Source: an uncultured Clostridia bacterium (GTDB lineage Bacteria; Bacillota; Clostridia; TANB77; CAG-508). Taken from it: a DNA stretch of 64,000 nt. The DNA lies in NCBI GenBank assembly GCA_944387505.1, contig CALXFG010000001.1, forward strand, positions 13,167 through 77,166, read 5' to 3'. The translations under genes and the position numbers were made by a program. The first letter of the stretch is position 1, and the number at the start of each line of letters is the position of its first letter. The notes beneath the pieces were generated by a model. The model ran no database searches. It was not told where the DNA came from and worked only from the letters and a program-made list of their open reading frames with translations. Shown here in pieces: positions 8,948-18,263 of this stretch.

Positions 8948-10691
8948 TGGACCTGTTATTATCGCAACTGGTGATGAAAGTTTTGCAATGCATGATATGG
9001 TGTATATCGGTGTTCATAGATTATTAGGTGAAGTCATTAAGTTAGATGGAAAAAGTGCTACAATTCAATGTTATGAAGATACTTCTGGAATGAAGATTGG
9101 TGAAGAAGTCATAACCACTAACGCCCCTTTATCTTTAAGTTTAGGACCAGGAATGATTGGCAGTGTATATGATGGTATACAAAGACCTTTGAAAATGTTA
9201 GAAGAAATATCTGGTCCTTTTATCAAAAAAGGCGTCCAAATTTCTTCATTAGATGAACAAAAAAAATGGCATTTTACTCCTACAGTATCTATCGAAGATA
9301 CTGTAGAATATAATTTCATTCTTGGTACTGTAAAAGAAACGGAAAGTATTACACATAAAATATTATACCCAAATCACCAAAGTGCAAAAATCTTGGAAAT
9401 CGCTCCTGAAGGAGACTATTGTATCAATGACACAATTGCAAAAGTCCAATTTCCAGATGGGCAAACTCTAGAACTTACCATGGTTCAAAAATGGCCTGTC
9501 AGAACTCCAAGACCTTATAAACAAAGATTGCAAGCCAATATTCCTTTGCTTACTGGTCAAAGAGTCATTGACTCTATATTTCCTATTACCAAAGGTGGTA
9601 CTGCAACCATTCCTGGTGGTTTTGGAACAGGTAAAACCATGTTACAACATCAATTAGCAAAATGGTGTGATGCTGATATTATTGTATATATTGGTTGTGG
9701 TGAAAGAGGAAATGAAATGACACAAGTACTAGAAGATTTTCCTAAACTAACAGACCCTAGAACTGGTAGACCTTTAATGGAAAGAACGATATTAATTGCT
9801 AATACTTCCAATATGCCTGTTGCTGCCAGAGAAGCCTCTATCTATACAGGAATTACCATTGCAGAATATTATAGAGATATGGGATATCAAGTAGCAATTA
9901 TGGCTGACTCAACATCCAGATGGGCTGAAGCTTTAAGAGAAATTTCTGGTAGATTAGAAGAAATGCCAGCAGAAGAAGGCTTTCCTTCATATTTACCTTC
10001 AAGACTTTCTGAATTTTATGGAAGAGCTGGTAGAACCTTAAATCATAATGGAACAGATGGTTCTGTTACTATTATTGGTGCCGTGTCTCCACAAGGTTCA
10101 GACTTTTCAGAACCAGTTACGCAAAATACAAGAAGATTTGTCCATGTATTTTGGGGACTAGATAGAGATTTAGCATATTCTAGACATTATCCTGCCATTA
10201 ATTGGATGATTAGTTATAGTGAATATATTTCTAATTTAGAAAATTGGTATGATAAAAATGCAGAAGAAGATTTTTTAGTATATAGAAATAAAATTGTCAA
10301 ATTGTTAAATGAAGAAAATGAATTACAAGAAATTGCTAAAGTTGTTGGACAAGATGTATTATCAGATTCTAAAAAATTAATTTTGGAAATTTGCAAATGT
10401 ATCAGAGAAGGATTTTTACAACAAAATGCAAATTCTGAAATTGATACTTATGTACCTTTATTAAAACAATATAAAATGATGAAATTAATTGTGTCTATAT
10501 ACGAAGCTTCAGATACCCTTATCAACAAGGGCATCCCTATGTCTAAAATTAAAGAAATTGGATTTTTTGAAACTTATCCAAAAATAAAAAATGAAGTTGC
10601 GAATATTGAAATGGCAAAAATAGATGAAATGGAAGAACAATATTTAGATAGTTTAGACAAAATAGCAGAAGAATATAAAGAAGTATTATAG
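8919..10691 (+). CDS. ntpA: V-type ATPase catalytic subunit A
   Basis: Walker [10 protein letters not shown], plus [33 protein letters not shown] and [27 protein letters not shown]. Confidence 0.95.
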   Translation: MEPKKITKINGPVIIATGDESFAMHDMVYIGVHRLLGEVIKLDGKSATIQCYEDTSGMKIGEEVITTNAPLSLSLGPGMIGSVYDGIQRPLKMLEEISGPFIKKGVQISSLDEQKKWHFTPTVSIEDTVEYNFILGTVKETESITHKILYPNHQSAKILEIAPEGDYCINDTIAKVQFPDGQTLELTMVQKWPVRTPRPYKQRLQANIPLLTGQRVIDSIFPITKGGTATIPGGFGTGKTMLQHQLAKWCDADIIVYIGCGERGNEMTQVLEDFPKLTDPRTGRPLMERTILIANTSNMPVAAREASIYTGITIAEYYRDMGYQVAIMADSTSRWAEALREISGRLEEMPAEEGFPSYLPSRLSEFYGRAGRTLNHNGTDGSVTIIGAVSPQGSDFSEPVTQNTRRFVHVFWGLDRDLAYSRHYPAINWMISYSEYISNLENWYDKNAEEDFLVYRNKIVKLLNEENELQEIAKVVGQDVLSDSKKLILEICKCIREGFLQQNANSEIDTYVPLLKQYKMMKLIVSIYEASDTLINKGIPMSKIKEIGFFETYPKIKNEVANIEMAKIDEMEEQYLDSLDKIAEEYKEVL

Positions 10692-10696
10692 AAAGG

Positions 10697-12043
10697 ATGA
10701 AAAATAAGTGGATATTCAATATATTCGGATTAGAAAGCATAAATGGTCCTATTGTATATTTAAAAACCCCTAAAAACATCATGTTTAATGAACAAGTAGA
10801 GTTCATCTTACCAAATAATGAAACACGTTTGGGAAATGTTATTTGTATAGATGAGAATGTTACAATGATACAAGTATATGAAGGGACAAATGGAATTGGA
10901 CTAGACAAAACAAAAACCATATTAAAAGGAAAACCATTAAGTATAAAACTATCAGAAGATATGTTAGGTAGAATTTTTGATGGAACTGGAAAACCGATTG
11001 ATGGCTTAGGTGAAATCCATTCTGACATTGAAAGAGATATTAATGGTAGTAGTATAAATCCTATTTCTAGAGAATATCCAAGAAATTATATCGAAACAGG
11101 TATTTCTAGTATTGATGGATTAATGACTTTAATTAGAGGTCAAAAACTGCCTATATTCTCTGGTAGTGGAATTAATCACAATGAACTTGCCAATAAAATT
11201 ATTACAAATTCTAATATTGGAAAAGAAGAGAAATTTGCGATTTGCTTTGGATTAATGGGTGCAGAATTTGAGACAGCTGAATACTTCAAAAATAGTTTAA
11301 AAGAAAACGGCTCTCTTTCTAAAGTCGTTATGTTTCAAAATCTTTCTAATGATCCAAGTATAGAAAGAATTTTGACACCAAAAGTTACTTTGACTTGTGC
11401 AGAATATTTAGCTTTTGATTTAGGATATCATGTATTAGTTATTCTAACAGATATGACCGCTTATGCTGAAAGTTTAAGAGAAGTTTCTACTTTAAAAGGT
11501 GAAATTCCAAGTAGAAAAGGTTACCCTGGATATCTATATAGTGATTTAGCTTCTATCTATGAAAGAGCCGGTATGATAAAAGGAAAATCAGGTTCTATTA
11601 CAGAAATCCCAATACTTACCATGCCAAATGATGATATTTCACACCCTATTCCAGATTTAACAGGATATATAACAGAAGGACAAATTGTACTTTCTAGGGA
11701 TTTGTATCAAAAAGGAATCGTTCCTCCTGTTGACATTTTAAATTCTTTATCAAGACTCATGAAAGATGGTATTGGTGAAAAATATACGAGAAAAGACCAT
11801 GCAAAAATTTCTGACCAAATTTTTGCTTCTTATTCTAAAGCTCAAGATGTAAGAGCCTTAGCAAAAGTTTTAGGTGAAAATGATTTAAATGATTTGGATA
11901 AGCAATACCTAGCATTTGCAAATACATTCGAAGAAAAATTTATCAATCAAAAACAAGATGAAAGAAGAACAATTAATGAAACTTTAGACTTAGCTCTAAA
12001 TATTTTAAATATCCTGCCAAAAGAAGAATTGACAAAACTATAG
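10697..12043 (+). CDS. ntpB: V-type ATPase subunit B
   Basis: Contains [15 protein letters not shown]...[25 protein letters not shown] and lacks a canonical P-loop, as expected for B. The exact start is uncertain because the RBS abuts the ATG. Confidence 0.93.
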   Translation: MKNKWIFNIFGLESINGPIVYLKTPKNIMFNEQVEFILPNNETRLGNVICIDENVTMIQVYEGTNGIGLDKTKTILKGKPLSIKLSEDMLGRIFDGTGKPIDGLGEIHSDIERDINGSSINPISREYPRNYIETGISSIDGLMTLIRGQKLPIFSGSGINHNELANKIITNSNIGKEEKFAICFGLMGAEFETAEYFKNSLKENGSLSKVVMFQNLSNDPSIERILTPKVTLTCAEYLAFDLGYHVLVILTDMTAYAESLREVSTLKGEIPSRKGYPGYLYSDLASIYERAGMIKGKSGSITEIPILTMPNDDISHPIPDLTGYITEGQIVLSRDLYQKGIVPPVDILNSLSRLMKDGIGEKYTRKDHAKISDQIFASYSKAQDVRALAKVLGENDLNDLDKQYLAFANTFEEKFINQKQDERRTINETLDLALNILNILPKEELTKL

Positions 12044-12116
12044 TGGAATTCTCATTTAAAAACAATTATGAATTTGTCTCTAGCAAATTGTAGTTTAGAA
12101 AGGAATAGAATAATTT

Positions 12117-12731
12117 ATGAGTACACTTCTTCCAACCAAAAGTAATTTAATCAAATTAAAGAAAACAATTGCTTTATCTAAACAAGGGCAAGAACTTTTA
12201 GAAAAGAAAAAATATATTTTAGAAAATGAAAAAGAAAAATATATTTCTCAAAAAAAAGAATTAGAAGAAACCTTTCATAAGCAATACGAAAAAGCATTTC
12301 TTGCTTTGCAAAATGCAAATGTTGATATGGGAATCAATAAAGTCAATATGATTTCTCATACCATCGAAATTGATAATCAATTAGATATAAAGTACAAAAC
12401 AATTATGGGTGTAGAAATACCTCTAATTTCTTATACGAGTTCTTCTAATCCAGATTTAACATTTGGTTTACTTGGAACAACAATTAGTATTGATGAAGCA
12501 ATTGTAGAGTTTCAAAATATAAAAAAAATGATGGTTGATTTAGCTCGTTTAGAAATTACCATATCTAGATTAGATTCTGCTATAGAAAAGGTTCAGAAAA
12601 GGTCTAATTCTCTAAAAGATATTATTATTCCTAATTACGAAAAAGATGAAAAAAGAATACAGGATATCTTAGAGGAAAGGGACAGAGAAGAGTTTGTAAG
12701 GATGAAAATGATAAAAAATAAAAATCTATAA
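12117..12731 (+). CDS. ntpD: V-type ATPase subunit D (central stalk)
   Basis: LPTKSNLIKLKKTIALSKQGQELLEKKK start and RSNSLKDIIIP motif, typical of D. Last gene of the operon. Confidence 0.88.
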   Translation: MSTLLPTKSNLIKLKKTIALSKQGQELLEKKKYILENEKEKYISQKKELEETFHKQYEKAFLALQNANVDMGINKVNMISHTIEIDNQLDIKYKTIMGVEIPLISYTSSSNPDLTFGLLGTTISIDEAIVEFQNIKKMMVDLARLEITISRLDSAIEKVQKRSNSLKDIIIPNYEKDEKRIQDILEERDREEFVRMKMIKNKNL

Positions 12732-12753
12732 TTATAGGAGATTTAAATGTACT

Positions 12754-12918
12754 ATAAAAAGCCATTCGTATGAATGGCTTTTTCCGACGCGCTACATCTA
12801 CATATTTTCTCCTTGTAAGGCCAATATAAATAATATTATTCACTTATCTATTAAAATTAGACATTAAATTTCCAAAATGTACATAGTTTTTATAAAATTT
12901 TTCAAAAGTGTCTAATTT
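12754..12918. repeat. imperfect direct repeat, copy 1 (partner at 20011-20198)
   Basis: Shares the terminator hairpin ATAAAAAGCCATTCGtaTGAATGGCTTTTTcCGACG and the block TTATCTATTAAAATTAgACAtTAAATTT...GTACAtAGTTTTtATAAAA with the second copy. Confidence 0.7.
12756..12784 (+). terminator. rho-independent terminator of the V-ATPase operon
   Basis: AAAAAGCCATTC-GTAT-GAATGGCTTTTT is a perfect stem with flanking A/T runs. Confidence 0.8.
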
Positions 12919-13003
12919 GCAATTTTATGTAAATTAGTGTATAATTAAAATATTCATGCAGCACATGAAAAAATTTCATACTACATCACAAGGAGGAATT
13001 TAT

Positions 13004-13948
13004 ATGGGTATTACAATTCGGGAATTTCAGGTAGCAATGGAAACATATGGAGCGGAACGGTTATCTGACTATCATGCTTCTGGCAACAGGGTTCTTGTGC
13101 CATGTTTCAATGTTGCAGGTACTTATTTTTGCCATTCTGGAACAGATTATATCGTTTCAATAGGAAAAAGTGTGCCTGAAGAAACTATGAATCGTGCTAT
13201 GGCTGAATTTGGAGAAAAGCACCCTGGTGGAAAAAACTTCTGGTGGGGTCAAATACATTCTCTTAAAGGCATGCTGACACTGGCAACGATGCTTGATGGA
13301 TGCTACAACAAAGAACTGGTTGATGAGCTGACAAATGCAACTTATAAAAAGTTGCTTGACTGTTCATCTATCCAAAGTAATGTTGATTTTCCTTTTCATA
13401 GCATACATTCATCAAAAATGGAAAGGCTTTACAAACTGCTTGCTGAATATAGCAACATTGTAAATCCTTTCGGGAACAAAGAGTTGAATCTCAAAGAGCC
13501 AATTCAGTATTTAGATGCTGTAGCGGTTACTCTGGCACTAAAGGAAGGAAGAAACCATTATACACGGTTAACTCTGTCTACAAATTCATTTGAAGCAAAA
13601 TTTGTAGATGAAGAAACAGGATGGTTTTATGATACTTTTGTTCCGATTCAAAGAAATCAGAACAATGGTTATATCGATATGGGTCATTACTACTCGAACG
13701 GAAGTGATGGACGTCCAGTTGATGAAGTTGTTCGTCTATATTACAAAGTAAATAAGGACAGCTATCACCATCATCCTGATAACATTGACCTGAGAATCAG
13801 TCTAAAAACAGGGCTGGCATGGAAAACTTACAAAGAAAAACACGCCAAACCTGTAACCGATGAGCAAATCGAAGTTATGATTACTCATTTAAAAATTTGC
13901 ATCAAGAAAATAAGAACTAGAATCATTCGTAAGATGATTAATATATGA
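13004..13948 (+). CDS. hypothetical protein (314 aa), visibly more G+C-rich than its surroundings
   Basis: ATG at 13004 lies 7 nt after AAGGAGG. TTGCAA-17-TATAAT promoter at 12915-12943. No motif I can assign. Confidence 0.7.
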   Translation: MGITIREFQVAMETYGAERLSDYHASGNRVLVPCFNVAGTYFCHSGTDYIVSIGKSVPEETMNRAMAEFGEKHPGGKNFWWGQIHSLKGMLTLATMLDGCYNKELVDELTNATYKKLLDCSSIQSNVDFPFHSIHSSKMERLYKLLAEYSNIVNPFGNKELNLKEPIQYLDAVAVTLALKEGRNHYTRLTLSTNSFEAKFVDEETGWFYDTFVPIQRNQNNGYIDMGHYYSNGSDGRPVDEVVRLYYKVNKDSYHHHPDNIDLRISLKTGLAWKTYKEKHAKPVTDEQIEVMITHLKICIKKIRTRIIRKMINI

Positions 13949-13978
13949 CCTTATTTTCTGAAGTAAGTATGATTTTTA

Positions 13979-14018
13979 CCCCACAGTTTTCAATTGGAAA
14001 CTGTGGGGTTACTCTTTT
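13979..14018 (+). terminator. rho-independent terminator
   Basis: CCCCACAGTTT ... AAACTGTGGGG 11-bp stem followed by a T-rich tail. Confidence 0.7.
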
Positions 14019-14039
14019 ATTATAATTGTTTATATCCAA

Positions 14040-14299
14040 ACTTCTCCATTCTTTCTTCTTTAGTAGATGCAGGTGACAAATCATTTATAAGTTTCAGCAT
14101 AGGTAATTGTACTAACTTTTATAGTATTTGAATGCTATGTACTTCTTGTAATAAAATCCTCTAAATAATCTTTATTATTTAAAACAAATTTTATCTGATT
14201 TTCATCAGTATTTTAAGCACTTTTATCTTCTGGTGAAAAGTCAGCTCCATAAATTTCTGTACTTAATATAAAAAACAAAATGGTAAAACCAATGAACAT
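14040..14299 (-). pseudogene. decayed gene for a small secreted protein
   Basis: The minus-strand frame reads MFIGFTILFFILSTEIYGADFSPEDKSA*NTDENQIKFVLNNKDYLEDFITRST*HSNTIKVSTITYAETYK*, one frame interrupted by TAA, TAG and TGA. Confidence 0.4.
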
Positions 14300-14318
14300 T
14301 AAACTTGTATAAGAAAAT

Positions 14319-14362
14319 ACCTAATGCACTCCATAAGTCTATACATATGGAGTGCATTAGGT
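14319..14362 (-). terminator. terminator hairpin downstream of 14397-14669
   Basis: Perfect 16-bp stem ACCTAATGCACTCCAT / ATGGAGTGCATTAGGT, with a U-rich tail on the minus strand. Confidence 0.7.
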
Positions 14363-14396
14363 TAAAAATGTTAAATTTTTTGAAAAAGTGATCTGG

Positions 14397-14669
14397 TTAT
14401 CCGTTTTGAGTCATCCAAAAATTTGTAGAAAAAGTATACGGCTTAAGCCAAATAGTAGGTTTTGTTGTGATTCGAAATTTCCGAACCATATAAACACCTA
14501 AATCATTTACTTGGCCTTTTACTTCGAACTTTTTTCCTTCAATTGTAATGCTCTTGGAATCATCTACTTCATACCAATCCATGGTATTTAAATAATTTTC
14601 AGTATCCTTTCCTAGCTGTTTTAGTAAATACCGATATGAATCGGTTGTTGTTATGATATGAACTTGCAT
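14397..14669 (-). CDS. hypothetical protein (90 aa)
   Basis: ORF with GGAGG 7 nt upstream of the ATG. No recognisable motif. Confidence 0.55.
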   Translation of the reverse strand: MQVHIITTTDSYRYLLKQLGKDTENYLNTMDWYEVDDSKSITIEGKKFEVKGQVNDLGVYMVRKFRITTKPTIWLKPYTFSTNFWMTQNG

Positions 14670-15034
14670 ACCAATACCTCCTTTTTCAATGACAGTGAAT
14701 ACTTAAAGTTCAAGTATTCTATTGCTTTTTATATCAACTATTATAGCATTTTATTTAACATAATGCAAATTTGTATCTTTAAGCTAATAAAAATTAAACA
14801 AAACATTGATGTATTTATTTTTGCTTTTAAACTCCTTGCATTTTTTTATCATAACAAAACCTCTATATATTTTTCAATAAATTTTGCTTTGCGGAAATTT
14901 ACGGAACAATTTTTGAAAATTTTTTACAATGCAAAAAATTTATGCTATTCTCTATATTTCTTAGAAAATAGCACTTTTCATATTTCTTGACTGTTTTCAA
15001 ATTTTCTTAAATTCTCTTGAATAACGGTCTAAAT

Positions 15035-15046
15035 TGGTCGAGGTGA
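15035..15046. repeat. att-like duplicate of the 3' end of tRNA-Pro
   Basis: TGGTCGAGGTGA is identical to 25422-25433, the CCA end plus acceptor stem of the minus-strand tRNA-Pro. It is a G+C-rich 12-mer in AT-rich DNA. Confidence 0.6.
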
Positions 15047-15130
15047 AAAGAATTTGCTTTTAAAAGTTGCTTATCTTCTAACACCCCGACATTTTTTGAA
15101 TGTAGTTTGAATGCAATTGAATAAATTTTA

Positions 15131-15159
15131 TTGAGAAATTATTTAAATGTTTGTATAAT
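15131..15159 (+). promoter_or_regulatory. sigma-70-type promoter candidate
   Basis: TTGAGA, 17 nt spacer, TATAAT, 36 nt upstream of the ATG at 15195. Confidence 0.45.
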
Positions 15160-15194
15160 GGTCTTTAAAAAAAGCTATAAGAAGTGGAGAAATT

Positions 15195-15344
15195 ATGAAA
15201 ATTAGATGCTTAAAATGTAATGATATAATTGAATATTTAAGTGTTCACGATTATAAAAAATGTAAATGTGGAGCATGTTCAATTGATGGTGGAAATGAAT
15301 ATACAAGAATTGGTGGAGATTTTAAATACATTCATTACATCTAG
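15195..15344 (+). CDS. small zinc-ribbon protein (49 aa; below the ORF-track cutoff)
   Basis: MKIRCLKCNDIIEYLSVHDYKKCKCGACSIDGGNEYTRIGGDFKYIHYI has CxxC...CxC pairs. GGAGA RBS lies 5 nt upstream. Confidence 0.55.
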   Translation: MKIRCLKCNDIIEYLSVHDYKKCKCGACSIDGGNEYTRIGGDFKYIHYI

Positions 15345-15349
15345 GTGCT

Positions 15350-15527
15350 GTATCTTCATCATAAACTTCGATTTTGGTGCAGGTAATTGATATATTTCTG
15401 TGGAATATACTATTTTATCAAATCCTCTGCTACGTTCTTCACATACACCAATTCTTCTTAAAAAAGAAGCTAATTGTTCGTTTCTTGATTTTGGAGGATT
15501 ATCAATAAATCTATCAATTTTTACTAA
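15350..15527 (-). pseudogene. C-terminal fragment of a RecG-like/ATP-binding transcriptional-regulator gene
   Basis: Minus-strand frame reads LVKIDRFIDNPPKSRNEQLASFLRRIGVCEERSRGFDKIVYSTEIYQLPAPK. It then needs a 1-nt shift to continue as IEVYDEDTAP. There is no N-terminal part and no start codon. Confidence 0.4.
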
Positions 15528-15539
15528 GGAATAGTAAAG

Positions 15540-15991
15540 ATGGATTATTATCTAATAGAGCCAGAGATAATAAAGGATTTATATCAAATGGAACAAACAA
15601 TAGTAGAAGATATAACAATTATGAAAAAGAAAGTACAAGATACACAGGAAGGTTTATTAAAGGACAATATGAGAATGAACGAGGAAATGAAAAAATTGGT
15701 AGAGGAAAATTTGAAAAATCAATTTTACAACTTGAAACAAGAATTGAAAGAAACGGAAGAAGAACAGAAAAGCAAAATTTCCAAAATAAAATGGAAAACA
15801 GGATTAATAACATTCTTGATGAGGTTATTGCTATCAGCAATATGGTTTTTAACTCACAAATAAATAATAGATCCAAAAGAAAAATTAGAAGATATAGAAC
15901 TTTATCAAAACAAGCTATGAAAGAATATGCCATGAAGAAAGCTAATTCTAGTAGTTTTGATTGGTTTGAAGATGAGAAAGAAATGTATTAA
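15540..15991 (+). pseudogene. coiled-coil hypothetical gene apparently split by a frameshift
   Basis: ORFs 15540-15863 and 15791-15991 overlap in different frames around the A-rich run CCAAAATAAAATGGAAAACAGG. Both halves are K/E-rich. Confidence 0.3.
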
Positions 15992-16072
15992 TAAAGAGAG
16001 TGTGATATGACAAAAAACTAGTGGTGCAATTGTTCCACTAGTTTTTTGTTATTCCAAAAATAAGTTGATGTA

Positions 16073-16456
16073 CTACTCTTCTAAAAGCACTTCAATTAAT
16101 TCATACAGTCTAGATAATGAGGCAGGATATTTATAGTAAATTTTAGACAGTATTTCTTCAATGTCAATTGGCATGCCATCAGGTAGATAGTAATCAGGAT
16201 AGCTTCCCCTCATATTGTAACCTGCTCCTATCCTAAGACGTCGATAAGTAATACCTAGATTTCCAGAAAGTTTCCGTAAAATTTCATCGTTTGGTATTAT
16301 CTCCATTTTTTCGAGTTTCTCAACTTCTTCTGCAGTTACTTGGATTTTTTTAGCGACATCTTCATAAGACAAGTTCTTGTCTATTCGAGCTTGCCGTATC
16401 AAATCTCCAAAATTTCCAGGTTCTGGCGTTGCATTATAGAAAAAATGTTTTTCCAT
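16073..16456 (-). CDS. XRE-family HTH protein (127 aa)
   Basis: LIRQARIDKNLSYEDVAKKIQVTAEEVEKLE helix-turn-helix. GGAGG RBS. Confidence 0.75.
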   Translation of the reverse strand: MEKHFFYNATPEPGNFGDLIRQARIDKNLSYEDVAKKIQVTAEEVEKLEKMEIIPNDEILRKLSGNLGITYRRLRIGAGYNMRGSYPDYYLPDGMPIDIEEILSKIYYKYPASLSRLYELIEVLLEE

Positions 16457-16652
16457 AAAACTAATCCTCCTTCAACAAATAAATATTTATAGTTTCTAGT
16501 ATATTATATAATAAAATACTTATTATGTAAATAAAAAATTCTTTAACTCTACTTAACAATACCGACTTTATGCGAGAGAGCTGAAATTTTTTGAGGAAAT
16601 ACCTTGCTCTATTTTTATTTATGATACATTTTTCTATTTATATGGATTTGAA

Positions 16653-17429
16653 TTGCTAAAAGAATATGTACCATATAAAGAATTAGAAAAAACATATTCT
16701 TCTGAAGATGCACTTGTAAAAATAATGAAACGAGTTTATGAAGATAGTTTAGAAGAACTAATAGAAATACAACATAATTTTAAAGAATTTGTAGATTTTA
16801 TATATAACTTAAACGGAAATGAAAAATTAAAAGAATCTAAAATAAATTCTAAATTTATATCATTTTTAATTACTCATCAAAATGATGTATATACCTATTC
16901 AAGTGATATTGAAGTTATATTAGATACTTATTCAAATAAACACGAAGAATATTATAAGTATTCACTAGAAGAATTAACAAAACAACTTGATGAAAACGAT
17001 TCTTTAATTAAAATGACAAATGTATATACAAGTGAAAAGTTAAGTAATATTGCTTTTGTTGTTTTAGAACAGATTGTTAAGAATTATAATTTACCAATAA
17101 AAACATGCCAGTATTGTGGTAGATATTTTATTCCATCAATAAGGCAAGATGAATTATATTGTGATTTACCAAATAGAGATGGAAAAAGTTGTAGAGAAAA
17201 AGGAGCAAAACAGACATATAGAAAAAACTTAGAAAAAATACCAGCTTTATTAGAATATAGAAAAGCATATCAAAAGAAGTTTATGGAAGTTGCTAGAAGT
17301 GATAACAATAAAAAATTAAAAAAGGATTTTGATAATTGGAAAAAACTTGCTCAAAGTAAAATAAGAGATTATAAGCAAGGCAAAGTTACAGAAGATGAGT
17401 TGTATAAGTGGATAATGGAAAATAAGTAA
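16653..17429 (+). CDS. hypothetical Cys-rich protein common on Clostridial mobile DNA (DUF6076-like, from memory)
   Basis: CQYCGRYFIPSIRQDELYCD...SCREKGAKQTYRKN zinc-binding-like cluster. TTG start with no clear RBS, so it may be N-terminally truncated. Confidence 0.5.
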   Translation: MLKEYVPYKELEKTYSSEDALVKIMKRVYEDSLEELIEIQHNFKEFVDFIYNLNGNEKLKESKINSKFISFLITHQNDVYTYSSDIEVILDTYSNKHEEYYKYSLEELTKQLDENDSLIKMTNVYTSEKLSNIAFVVLEQIVKNYNLPIKTCQYCGRYFIPSIRQDELYCDLPNRDGKSCREKGAKQTYRKNLEKIPALLEYRKAYQKKFMEVARSDNNKKLKKDFDNWKKLAQSKIRDYKQGKVTEDELYKWIMENK

Positions 17430-17458
17430 AAAAATATCGCTAAATGCGAAAAAATATA

Positions 17459-17487
17459 TTGACATTGTACTTTTTATATGTTATAAA
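17459..17487 (+). promoter_or_regulatory. sigma-70-type promoter of the retron-like operon
   Basis: TTGACA (17459-17464), 17 nt spacer, TATAAA (17482-17487), with TG two nt upstream of the -10 box. Confidence 0.55.
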
Positions 17488-17493
17488 TAATAT

Positions 17494-17712
17494 GATTTAA
17501 CAAAATGTCCTTTCACCCAAATGATATTAGAGTAGAAATACTTGGGAGTGGCATCACTCAAACAATACCGGCATATGCTGATATTCCTTAGTTATATCTG
17601 ACTAACTAATATCAGCATAAGCCCGCGAAGGCGCTTGGTGACTCGCACCTTCGCGAGAAAAAAGATTAGTGAACTAATTAATCACATAACTTTCTTCTAC
17701 GGGTGACATCTC
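17494..17712 (+). ncRNA. structured non-coding RNA, candidate retron msr-msd
   Basis: G+C-rich patch in AT-rich DNA with no ORF. 17-bp two-part hairpin at 17574-17619. GC clamp hairpin CGCGAAGG/CCTTCGCG at 17624-17655. Possible end-pairing of ATGTC..CACCC (17505-17518) with GGGTGACAT (17701-17709). Lies directly upstream of a retron-type RT operon. Boundaries are approximate. Confidence 0.5.
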
Positions 17713-17751
17713 AAATAACAAAAATAGAGATGAGAAGGAGGTAAAAGAGCT

Positions 17752-17919
17752 ATGATTAAAAAACTCTTTAAAAAAGTTAAATCATTAATTAGTTCAGGTA
17801 AAAACAAATTAAAAAAAATATATAAGAAAAATAGAAAAAGCTTATATAAATTTTTAGGGAAAACATTTATCACAATAATTAAAATCATAGTTGAAAAATT
17901 ATTGGATAAATGGATGTAA
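17752..17919 (+). CDS. 55-aa highly cationic amphipathic peptide (below the ORF-track cutoff)
   Basis: MIKKLFKKVKSLISSGKNKLKKIYKKNRKSLYKFLGKTFITIIKIIVEKLLDKWM. AAGGAGG lies 10 nt upstream of the ATG. Sits between the ncRNA and the HTH gene. Confidence 0.45.
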   Translation: MIKKLFKKVKSLISSGKNKLKKIYKKNRKSLYKFLGKTFITIIKIIVEKLLDKWM

Positions 17920-17963
17920 TTACCAACTAATCTAAATTTCTTTTTATTAAGAGGTGAATTCTA

Positions 17964-18263
17964 ATGGGTGAAACTTTAAGATTATTAAGAATATTTTTCG
18001 GATATAAATCTGTGGAAATGGCTAAAAAGCTTAACATTTCACAGAGTTTTTTGTCTGAAATAGAAAACGATAAGAAAAAACCAACTTTAGATCTTTTACA
18101 GCAATATAGCAAGGTTCTTAATATAAAAGTTTCAACAATAATTTTATTGGCTGAATCTTTAGACAAGGATAAAAAGTCAAATAAAGATTTAAAACATAAT
18201 TTGGCAGGAATAGGTATGAAAGTTCTAAAGATTTTAAAAGAAAATGGTGAATTAGATGATTAA
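17964..18263 (+). CDS. XRE-family HTH protein (99 aa), translationally coupled to the RT
   Basis: LRIFFGYKSVEMAKKLNISQSFLSEIENDKKKPTLDLL HTH motif. RBS AGAGGTG. The stop overlaps the RT start (ATGATTAA). Confidence 0.8.
   Translation: MGETLRLLRIFFGYKSVEMAKKLNISQSFLSEIENDKKKPTLDLLQQYSKVLNIKVSTIILLAESLDKDKKSNKDLKHNLAGIGMKVLKILKENGELDD

Noticed and set aside
10549-11028. Antisense or alternate-frame ORFs inside conserved genes (e.g. 188-529, 2821-3057, 6701-6949, 7851-8075, 9071-9319, 10549-11028, 35664-36017, 39099-39365, 46034-46807, 50866-51162, 53911-54144, 62875-63141)
   Set aside because: Each lies within a gene that has strong motif support on the other strand or frame, lacks an RBS, and has the skewed composition typical of shadow ORFs in AT-rich DNA.
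14040-14299. In-frame TAA/TAG/TGA as a sign of stop-codon reassignment
   Set aside because: All three stop codons terminate well-conserved genes at the expected lengths in this window: TGA for the response regulator at 130, TAG for ntpA at 10689, and TAA for ntpI at 7563. Decay is the simpler explanation.
14697-14719. GAATACTT-N7-AAGTATTC inverted repeat upstream of 14397-14669 as an operator
   Set aside because: An 8-bp AT-rich palindrome in AT-rich DNA is too likely by chance, and there is no adjacent regulator to link it to.
17490-17683. Alternative retron a1/a2 pairing: ATATGATT (17490-17497) with AATCACAT (17676-17683)
   Set aside because: It gives 7 of 8 base pairs, but the 5' partner largely precedes the predicted transcription start (about 17494), so it is unlikely to be in the RNA. 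It is kept only as a fallback if the promoter call is wrong.
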